A stretch of 35,484 nucleotides of DNA from Thelocarpon superellum (Eukaryota), in the NCBI GenBank assembly GCA_026025795.1, contig JAPEUG010000156.1, forward strand, positions 1 through 35,484. Direction: 5' to 3'. Each line of letters begins with the position of its first letter. Positions within the stretch are counted from its first letter, which is position 1. Made by a program: the position numbers and the translations under genes. The notes under the pieces are model-generated. The model was not told the origin of the DNA and did no database searches. It worked only from the letters and a program-made list of their open reading frames with translations. Positions 22,880 to 32,866 of the stretch are shown piece after piece.

Positions 22880-24115
22880 AGATGCCGTGTTCAAAACGGC
22901 GTAGGGTGGTCGGCGTTGCCTGTGTAGCCAGAGAGCTAGACATTGTGGAAATTCACTCGGAGCTCACCTCGAGCCATATCGATATCACTCAATGACTTGT
23001 CTTGCGGGTCCTCCAACATAACTAGATCATGTACACCCTCCCTTATCCGGGATATTTCCAACAAATTCCGAATTTTATACTCGCGAGAGAAATAGTCGCC
23101 TGACCCCAGATGGACGCTTTCCTCCGCAATGAAGGGTGTCAGCGGACCGATGATTGACCTCCGGACAGAACGAGGCCGTCAGTTCTGTCCGTGAAGGATT
23201 CATGGGTCGTTCGCGCGGAAAGCGTCGCTTCCATTGGAGTCATCACGGACCAAGGACAGACGTCGCTGACGAAGGTTCAGCTGGTCTCGACACGACGGCG
23301 GTGATGGAACTTTCGAGGTGGCACGGAGATGCTGGTGGCTGCGGGCTCCGGCCCCGCCACTAACTGGCCGTAGCGAGGCTCGGCTACGCCAGGCCGGACC
23401 CTGACACCGCGACCGACGAGGGCGACTGGGGCCCGCGCCACGTCCTCGCCTTGGCGCAGGGCTGGAAGCGAGTGGCGGTTCGGTCGCTAGCGCCGTTGTC
23501 GGGCCAATCCCAGTGTTGTGGTGGTGACGTGCCCTGGCCCCTTTGGCCCACCCCCAACCTCTCGTGGCCATGCAGCGCGCTGCCGGTGTGACCGTCGGCC
23601 GTACGCCAGCGCCAGACGGTCTCGTCTCATCTCACTCCCGACCTCTTCAATTGAAACTTGCCTGCGACCTGCCGCCGGTCATGCTTCTCACGTCAACCAC
23701 CGAGCTTTGATCCGCACAGACGCTCGTCGGGGAAGTGCACGCCTTCAACATCTGACCTTTTTCTCCCTCTCTCTCCACTTGCTCCGCCTTTTGAGACTGA
23801 CCTTGGAGCGTTTCGTGCAGTGTATCGGACCGCGTGCAAGGCCTCGTGCAACGATTTGCTGTTTGACGATTTTCACGGCCGTCGCGACATCGTCCTCGTG
23901 GTCTGGCATTCCTCGCGCCGGTCCTGCATTCCACGCCCTCGAGAGTGTCATCCTTCCACCGCATCTCCCTCACACCGGACGGGACAGGGTCGGCTTCCGC
24001 GCCCACCGCCACGTTGCTCCACGCCACCGTCCTCACATTCCTCACCACGGGACGAGGGGCAAGCGACCGCGGGTCGCGCGATTGGTGCTGGGGGACGACG
24101 CAGTAATCGCCAGCA

Positions 24116-25092
24116 ATGGCGAATGTGCGATTTTCGATAGGAGTGCAGCGTGCGTCGGCCTTTTTTATCCCCGTCGTGGCGAGGGAACGAAGCTAATGAC
24201 GGCGTCGAGCACAGGGTTCATACCATTCCTGGGATTTCATCATGTGTTGATGATCCTGATTGCCGTGGCCATCATCTTACTCTGTACGTCGTCGCGGACT
24301 CCATTGCCTCGTCACCGCCCGCTGACCCGCGATAGCACTCCTCCTCGCCGGCTGCTCGTCATCATCGCCGCTCATCCCCGACATCTTCCTCATCTCCCTC
24401 TACTACCAACACTACCCTCCGGTCTATGATCCCGCTCAAGTGGACCCGGGCGTCTCGGCCGCCATCGCCAACATCGTCGGTAATGCGCAGCTCCAGGCCC
24501 GGGTGGGGTACTTTGGTATCTGCATCGACCCGGGTGATGGCGCGTGGCTGTGCAGCAACAATGCCAGCAGTCTGGCGTCACAGGTCAGCGTGGACCAGGA
24601 TCCGCTGAATCTGATCTGGGTGGCGACGACGTTCAAGGACAACATCATCTTCCCCTACCTCATGTACGTGTACCCGCCATATCATCCACATGACGTCGAC
24701 TGACCCTCTGCAGCATCGTCGCCATCATCCTCGCCTTCATCACGCTCCTCCTCCTCGCCACCTTCCCCGGCTGGCACGAAGAAATCGACGAGACGGGCTC
24801 GGTGGAAGAGAAGAAGCCCTTCCCGTCACGGGCCGTGTCGCAAGTGGCGCTCGCCATCATCTTTGTCTCGTCGATTTTCGTGCTGGTGTCGGTCCTCTGG
24901 CAGCACACCGCGTCGGTGGCGGCGGCCACGATCGCCCAAGATCTGGGCAATGGGAGCGTCATGAGCGGCGTGGGTAATACGGCCATCATCCTCGGATGGT
25001 TTTCCTTTGCGCTGCTCATCATCGTGACCATTGGGTTGTTGGTGATGATCTTGAGTATGCACGTCATGCGGTCATTGACCGACATCGACTGA
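24116..25092 (+). CDS. FIG1: Fig1-family membrane protein (low-affinity Ca2+ influx / cell fusion; claudin-like)
   Basis: Introns 24150-24214, 24284-24335, 24664-24713. Spliced: FIPFLGFHHVLMILIAVAIILLSLLLAGCSSSSP.IPDIFL...RVGYFGICI...WLCSNN...DPLNLIWVA...LWQHTASVAA; four TM segments and the GYFGxC...C loop motif. Confidence 0.9.
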
Positions 25093-26270
25093 GACTGCTT
25101 TCCGCCTGGTGATGAAGGGTCGTGGGTTTGACGGAGACGGAGAAATAGATCTTGAGGGATTGATGGGGTTGTCTTTTCGGATTTGTCTTCAGCGAGCATG
25201 TGTTCTCTACCTCTCCGCTTCTCACCCACCACATCACCATACCTACCCGACGCTTTTGACGACGAAGATTTTCAACGTCGGCCATGTACAGAATACGACC
25301 TTCCCATTCACCACCTCCACACCCATCATCGACAACATCGAGACGACGCACGAAGGAACACGACCTTGAGCGCGACACTCAGGTCCGGAATCACCTCAGA
25401 TCAGCGAACAATACCGGAGGATTATAAGGATATTACCATTCCAAGAATGACATTGAGATTCACTGCTCCCTGAGATTGCATGACTTGATGATGGAAATGG
25501 CCGCAGTGGGCCAGTCGAGTTGTGCGCTTTCCGTGGAGGGCCAACCTAGAATGTTCTAAGCAGAAGCATGCGACTCACTACACGAGGCCTGCAGTCTAGC
25601 AGTTGAGCACACTACGTAAATGAAAATCCACATATGTCGCTGGTTCCATTCAAGCAAAGACCGATCCAACGGTGCCTGCCTGTCTAGGATCTGGGAAAAG
25701 AATCCGAAGATTTGGGTGAGGGCTCCATTCATCTGCCATCATCACTAGTCACCTTGACTGGCCTCCCCACGAGCCAAGGAGAAGTCGTAGCCTGTAGGGA
25801 ATGGTCTGCACGTGCAACCGATATCCGTAGCGGGATGTCCCAGGGCGGAGGCTGAAAGATCTAGAGACAGGGAGCCGGAGGCAGCCGGAGGCAGCCGCAT
25901 ACATCCGCACGCACCAACACAAGCGCAGTCGGAGCGGATCAAGAATGTAGGATAATTCCGAGGCTGATCAGTGAGACGAAACATGTCGAATCCCGACCCT
26001 TGGTCAAATTCCTTGACATCTATGAGCAGGGAGCACGACGGACTGGGTACAGGTGTCGCACCCTACCTTGCCAATACGTACCATGAGAGGGGGGAGGTCG
26101 GTCCGCACATACCGACGCCTCGGCTACATCACCAAACCGCGAGTAATGATCGGACGAGGACGAGGCACTACGGCTTGCCGACGCGACTACCCGCGCAATG
26201 CCAATACTTGGTGCAGAGGAGCAGTTACTACGGGTAGAAGTTATGAGGCATTGGTGGCGGTGACGCGGCA

Positions 26271-26329
26271 GGGAGAGGAGAAGGAGGAGGAGGAGAAGGG
26301 AGGCGAAGAAAGAAGAGAGGAAAAGAAAG
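26271..26329. repeat. Polypurine (G/A) tract
   Basis: 59 nt of G/A with a single C (gggagaggagaaggaggaggaggagaagggaggcgaagaaagaagagaggaaaagaaag). Confidence 0.8.
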
Positions 26330-27774
26330 CATAGTCGAGCATGACGCATTTCAAACGCCTGGACCACGGACCACCGCGACGACGCATGGCCCATGCACTA
26401 CTACGCACCTCAGACGCCCCGGACCGCGCTCGATCGACCGTCGGCTTCGTTTCTACTCTAATTGCCCTACCTACTCCCACCCTCTCCTCAGGGTCACCCG
26501 TGCGCCGCTAGAACAAGAGCGCAGACCGTGACTCCACTCTGTCTGGTCGTCAGCCACCTTCTCGTGCTATCGTGGTATCTTTCGCTGGAACTGTACAAAG
26601 TGCCGACGAATATCGGATGGGTATCACTACTCAGTCCGACAATGATGGTATGTGCGATTGGCACTGGCTAGTCCACCCGTGGTCGTGACTGTGCTTCGTA
26701 CTCCGTACTTCGGACGTTTAACCGAGCCGGGGCTTGGTGGGACTGCTGGGAGGAGGAGGGCCGAGAGCTTCAGGTGTCGTTTCGGATCGACATGGCTGCT
26801 CACTGCGACTTTATGCTCCACGCTACGAGTCTAGTAGGAGTACCCCGGCATGGCTACCGTGCCCGCCATGCACACCACGCCCAGCTCCATCGACTCCACC
26901 ATCGCCACCTTGGCTCCTCCACCACGGTTCGCATTACCTACTGCATACTGGTGTTCGCACCCTCTACCTGTTCGTAATTGGAATGGAAATTGGAATGGGA
27001 TTCATGCGCGGCTGGTGAAGCAACCAGACGAAGAGCCTGGGCAGGAGATCGCGCCAGGGAATGAGACACTGATGTCAGATGCCGCCGGCCGTCCCATTTC
27101 CAAAACGCTTAAGCTTGGCACGACTGGGCAGGGCAGAGCTAGACAAGGCGGGGTCGGGCGGAGCTGGGCAAGCGAGGCAGGTATAGCAGGGAGGAAAGGG
27201 AGGGGTGCTGTTCCGTGGTCTGAGATCCAAATCTATTTCCACTTCTCTTTCGATTCGATTCGATTCGGATTACCTCCACGTCCCTGTCCCGGTCGAACCC
27301 TGTCTCTTTCGCTGCCATCGTTGCCACTGCTGCCGTGACGATCGCCGACGATCACGGACGATCTCGGAGTACCCGTCTTCATGTACCACGCCACCTGATA
27401 TCTATTCATAGACCAGGGCCACGGAATGGTAGGAGAGGTGGGTGGGTGGCTCTGTCTTGCAGACCGTGCTTCTTGCCCCCCCACCCAAACCCCCTACGTT
27501 GAAAGATCTTGCCTCGCTGCTGTTCCTCCCCCACCCGACATGGGTCATTGCCCGGCTTAGCTTTGACCACGTGTGAGCGACAGATGTGGAGGGAAAATGA
27601 CACTTCTACCCAAGAGAACAGATCCTGACTCTCCCGTCGGACTGGATAGCGCCAGTGCATGGCTGGTAGATCGGACTTGATCCACATCCACGGAGTCATC
27701 GAAACTTCGAGCTGAAGAACTGCCCCAGCCACTGGACCACAAGCGTTGGTCAAGCACACCCTCACGCACAGATC

Positions 27775-29825
27775 TCAAGCACCCTGGCGATAGGTGAAAG
27801 TCTGGGCGTCGGCGTTGGCGTGGGCGTGGGCGTGGGCGTGGTTCACGAATCCTGCCGGTCCGCCTGAAGACGCCTCGTCAGACCTTGCAGGCATGAATTG
27901 ACTCCGCCCACCGCCCTCGCCACCGTGCCATCCGGGGCCCGCGCCCAACTCGTCGTACGCCCGGGGTGCGTAGCTCGCCCCACCGGCTCCGCCTCGTCCG
28001 CGCCCTCGATTGCCACCGCGGTTGTTCCCCCGGTGCGTGTTGTTTCCACGGTGGCCCCCTCGTGACCCGGCCACGCCACTCCCCCGCCCAGGCCGACCAG
28101 CGAAGCCTTGAGCGTGCCCACGGGTGCCTCCGCGGCCGCCTGGCGGACGTGTCGTCCGAGGCTGACCCGAGTAGGTTTCGCCATCAGCTCCCTGACCGTG
28201 AGCATGTTTGCGCTTGTGGTCCTTCGAGGCGAAGAGGCTCTCCCACTCATTCTCCCCACGCTCCTCCTTTTCCACCCGTAGCAGCATCTTCTCGCCCACC
28301 ACCGTCTCAAAGGTGAGCGCCATGTGCGCTGGGATGGCTCGCCAGTGCTCCGGTTGGATCCGGTTGGTGTCGACCGGTCGCGCCCCCTTGCGGAGTGCGA
28401 GCACCACCACTGGCGTCGGATTCTCCGTGTAGTATTTGCTGTCCTCCGGCACCGGCTTGACCGCCACCGCCCAGAGCCGATTGTCCCACACCGCCGTCGC
28501 CGTCACCGCCCACGTCACCACCTTCCCCATCCCACCCACTTTGTCCAGGATGCTCTGCGGCGCCGGCCGGGGTGTGATGAGGATGTTGTTGGCCAAGACC
28601 TTGACGTCACCTTCGGGGAGAGATACGAGCGACAGGAGCCGCTGCGTGTTGGCCGGCGAGATCAGGTAGCCCGTGTAGAAGATGGTCCGCTTGATCTGGA
28701 GCCGGTACGGCGATGACGTGGATGAGCGCGAGGCCGCTGCGTTATGCTCGTTGATCATGCGTTGCACCTCCGCCGTTTCCGTGACGGGGTCTAGGTTTTT
28801 CTGTACGTAGCCGGCATCCGTCATTAGTCTTCCGTCATCATCATCGCCCACCACTCCTGGGGGCCACGCACGACGTTCTCCGTGACAGGAATCACTTCAG
28901 CCTGGATGGGTCGGCGGATCCGGACATGGTCCGGCCCATGCAGGAGGGGTTTGTTCAGCACCACCAGATAGTCCCGAAAGGCTTTCACGCTACACACCTC
29001 CCTATCAGGCATGATCGGCCGCCAGGAGGCTTAGCATGGCACTCACTGCTTTGGTCGGTCCTCGTATATCCGCATCTCCTCGGCCTCTCGATAGGTGTAG
29101 ATGAGATCTTCAAAGAAGGCGTGCTTGAACGTCATGGTGCCTGGAGGCTCCCGGCTTCAGCGCCTGCATCATAACCCGCACGCGGGGGAGTCATACTCGG
29201 GAAGCGCTGGTTGTATGGACCCACGGCCGGCTTCAGGCCGATGAGATCGAACTCCAAGCCCTTGCTGGCCACCATTCGCTTGATCAGATCGGCAAAGCCC
29301 GCCTCGGATCGGCCGGTCAGGAGCACGGTCAGAGCATCCTTCTGTCGCATCGAGAGCTGCACCAGCGACACCTTTCATCTCCGTCAGCGCCGCGCTCACC
29401 AAGGATGACGGCACACGGCTCGGTCGGCCCACAATATTCTCGTTCCACCATCCTTCCCACGCTCGTGGCTCCTCCCTCTCCACCCCCTCCCCAGTCGCGG
29501 CCAAGATTCGGACGTCGTGCCACCATCCCCCATTGGCGAACGTGTCTTCCGTCCCTAGGAGGCCTAGCGTTGGACCGTTCCAGAGCTTGGGATTCGGGAG
29601 CGGGCTCATGAAGACTGTACGGAGTAAGCGGGTGAGTCCAACGTCCTTCGCCCAAGAGGTCCGCACGTGTGTTATCAAAATCGTAAACATGTAGAGCTCG
29701 AATGGTCGACACGGCTAGTGCGGCACTGTCAGTATCCTCTGCAAACGAGGGCGATGCCTCCTACCCGGAAGCTCCTTGATCTGACATGACCATCGCCTTA
29801 AGCCGGTGATGGTCCGGGCCGACAT
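27775..29825 (-). CDS. Fungal HAD-superfamily protein ('Swiss Army Knife' RNA-repair-like HAD) with RGG-rich C-terminus
   Basis: Multi-exon splice: MSARTITGLRRWSCQIKELP|AVSTIRALHVYDFDNT|LFMSPLPNPKLWNG...GGWWHD...WEGWWNENI|VSLV...TVLLTGRSE...FDLIGLKP...|TMTFKHAF...IYEDRPKH|VKAFRDY...|KNLDPVTETAEVQRMIN...IFYTGYLI. HAD motifs DxDxT, TGR, K and YED are present. The start codon is the least certain part. Confidence 0.82.
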
Positions 29826-30126
29826 GACCAGCCGATAGCGATGCCCCCCGTTGCCTACGAAGGCTTACGAGCTCACCGGCGAAGCGCGGTTTTGCGAGCC
29901 GACATGGCTCGATGGCATGATGGTTTCGATCGAATATTTGTCGTGACGATCACTACGGGACGCGACAACATCCTTGACCGTGGCAAAAGTGGGATGTGGT
30001 ACGGTGACGCAGGGGGACACAGAGGGACCGAGCGATCGCATATATTCGCGCGATGATGCGTGATGCGAATAATGCAACCTCGGACAGATGTGACGCCGCT
30101 CCAGTCTGGTCCGCCCTGCGACTTGC

Positions 30127-31202
30127 ATGGAGCAACATCGGGGTACCCCCGACCCAAGCATCGAAGAGACCGATGATGCGACCACGCGGACACCTGGCCT
30201 CTCTGACGTAGCCGCGGCCGCGGCCGAGGAGAGCTGTGTGATTTGCCTTGAAGGCATCTCAGAGGCCGCCACGGCGCAGCCATGCGGACACGCCAGCTTT
30301 GACTTTTTGTGCCTCATCAGCTGGCTACAGGAGAACGCGACATGTCCGCTCTGTACGTTGCGCACGGCCGTCTCCCCGCCGTCGAGTCGGTGGACGAGCC
30401 CTCTGATGAGTACCGATTGGCTAACGCCTAGGGATCAACAGGTAAGGCGACGATCTCCAGTGTTTGCTATGATCGTCGGTCACCGCATGACTTCAAAACC
30501 TACGCGGTGCCTGGCCCAGGGCCGAGGGTCGAGGCCCAGTCGTTGGCACCGCCTCAGCCCCGGCGTGGCGTTCCATCCTCTCATCTCCCGCCACCACGAC
30601 GTAACCGGGCACGGCGACGACGATCGCCGCCGGCGTGGGAGCGGGGCTTGGCACGGCGGCGACTGGTCTACCGGGAACAGCTTTATTCGCTCCACGTGGG
30701 GTCGAACCGACTGTCCCGCTTTCGCGACCTGACTCCCCAATCCTTCCGCGACGACGAGGAGCTGGTGTCACGGGCGCGCAAGTGGATCCGGCGTGAGTTG
30801 CAGGTCTTCGACTTCCTGCATCGTGCGCGCACGGGCTCGCGGACGGGCGACAACGCCGAGTTCCTGCTCGAGTACGTCGTCGCCATCCTCAGGACGGTCG
30901 ACCTCAAGGGCAGCGGCGGCCAGGCCGAGGAGATGCTCCAGGAGTTTCTGGGACGCGAGAGCACCCGGCTGTTCCTGCATGAACTGACGGCGTGGCTACG
31001 CAGTCCGTATACGGCGCTGGAGGACTGGGATCGTGCGGTGCAGTATGGCACGCCCACTGGCACTCGCCCTGGCCCTGGCCGGGGCTCCGGTCCTGGCACC
31101 AGCCTTACGACACCTGAGCTGGCCGGGAAGGGCCACGCGCAACCAGACCGGGGTAGAGGCCGAAGAGGCGGAGTTGGGGGTGGGGAGGCGACGCGGCCAT
31201 GA
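30127..31202 (+). CDS. RING-finger E3 ligase, Topors-like
   Basis: Intron 30353-30441. RING CVIC...[13 protein letters not shown]...CPLC|K, then [64 protein letters not shown], resembling the Topors core. Confidence 0.85.
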
Positions 31203-32866
31203 GCAAGGGCTCAGCCACTCGGACGGGAACGGTGTCGACGTATCTCGCCATGGGTCTCCTCGTCGTCGCATGAACCAGGGCGGCGACGGACAGGCCGGCG
31301 GCCGGAGCATTGCCCAAACCAAACCACGTTCTCCTATCGCCCGAGCGTCATTCATGCGTAAAATGTTGGCTTGCACCGCGGACACCGGGTGAACGAGGGC
31401 ACGAACAGCAGCGACGACACAGCGGCTGGCCATCGTCATTCAAATTGGTCTGGGCATGCTGAGCGCCGGGGAATGGATGGGGCGCGGCGGTGGGGCTCGT
31501 GCCTTTGTGTGACATCCACGGCCTCGCCGTGTTGTCATCCGTGATTCGCTCCCTTGGGCAGCGGGAAGAAGTCATGGTCAGCGTTTATGCACATCCGTTT
31601 CTCGACCACACGTGGAAACGAGCCGGATGGGTAGATGACCCCCATTCTCTTTTCCTGCATCAGACGGGAGGAAGCAAAATCACCTTCCAGTAATTATAAT
31701 TATGAAGGGATTGTCTGGATCGACGATCGTCAGGAGTGGAGGGAGGGCGACGAACAGCGTCTCGGCAGGTGGCAGAATGCCATCTTCGCTTGACTGGGCA
31801 AAAGGTGGCATGATCTGCGGCAGCCCTCGCCTGCAGCTTGGGCCAAGTTTGTGCGTGGTTTGGCGAAGGGTTGAACGAAAACCACCGGGCTCCCGGTACG
31901 AAGTACGATCACTCTGTTACCTTACTTACGACCTAGCGAGGCACGAGTACGAGAGTGAGCACTTGCGTCGCGGCCAGGTGTCGGGGTCGGTTCCCGTCCC
32001 GTACTTATGCAGGTACGACGTACTCGGACCCTGGAAAGCGCCCGGCCCCGGTCGGTACCGAGTCTGCCGGGCCCCAGGTGCCGCCGTTCCCATCCGAATA
32101 AAGTCGGCGGGCGTCCAGTGGGACCTGGGAGACCCCCGACGGTTCGGTTTCGAGAAGGCCGACGCTGCCGCCCCAATCATCGCTCCCCTGGGGCACCGAG
32201 CGCCGCGGCGCCCAGTGATGCATAAAGTCCTGAGATCAATGATCGAATGAACATCCCGCCTGCTTTCGTCCATGCCACCGCTTGCCCACCTCCGCGCTGA
32301 AACCATGACAGTCAATGCATCACCCCCGCCAGGACCTCCCCTCGGCCTCACCACACCCACCGCCGTCGCCACCAACACGACCAATCAGGCACGCCCACCC
32401 ATGGGACAGCCCCCGGCTCACTTCCCCAGCGCACCACCGCATGGTCCTCGACCCCTTCGGCCGCGTCGGATAGTGGGCATGGTGTCTCGTCCCTGCACCA
32501 GAGCCTGCCTCACCCCCGTCGCCGTCCGCCCCGCCCAGCCCGGCCGCCGGCGTGGCCATCATGCGCCGCGACGCTGCCCCACTGGGCACCAGCCATCGGC
32601 GGCCGGGCGTGGAGGCTTGGCCCCGTTAAGATCTCTCCTCCGCCTGGCCGCGGCCGTGTAGGGTTCTCTCGCCTTCACCCATAGTCCCGAGGAGTATTCC
32701 TTCGCTCCCCATCCACCTTCTTTCTTGCATCGACTGGCTTTAATGTCGTTCGTCCGTTCACCATCGTGTCCTCCTCACCCACGACCGCTCACCCGCACGT
32801 CGTAAGTGACGCAGAGGATCGGCTCCGGACGGCAGAAGGCAAGCTGGAGAAGGCATTGGCGTCATC

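Noticed and set aside
23652..23657. TGAAAC (Ste12 pheromone response element-like) upstream of FIG1
   Set aside because: Single imperfect copy (TGAAACT); expected by chance.
23518..24429. 303-aa ORF overlapping the FIG1 start
   Set aside because: Leader sequence reading through introns into one FIG1 exon; the spliced model from ATG 24116 explains the conserved part.
25940..26006. TCGAATCCC resembling a tRNA T-loop
   Set aside because: No GTTC, no T-stem pairing, and no cloverleaf can be built.
25093..27774. Telomerase RNA as the explanation for the gap (size would fit)
   Set aside because: No TAACCCTAA/CCCTAACC-type template seen on either strand.
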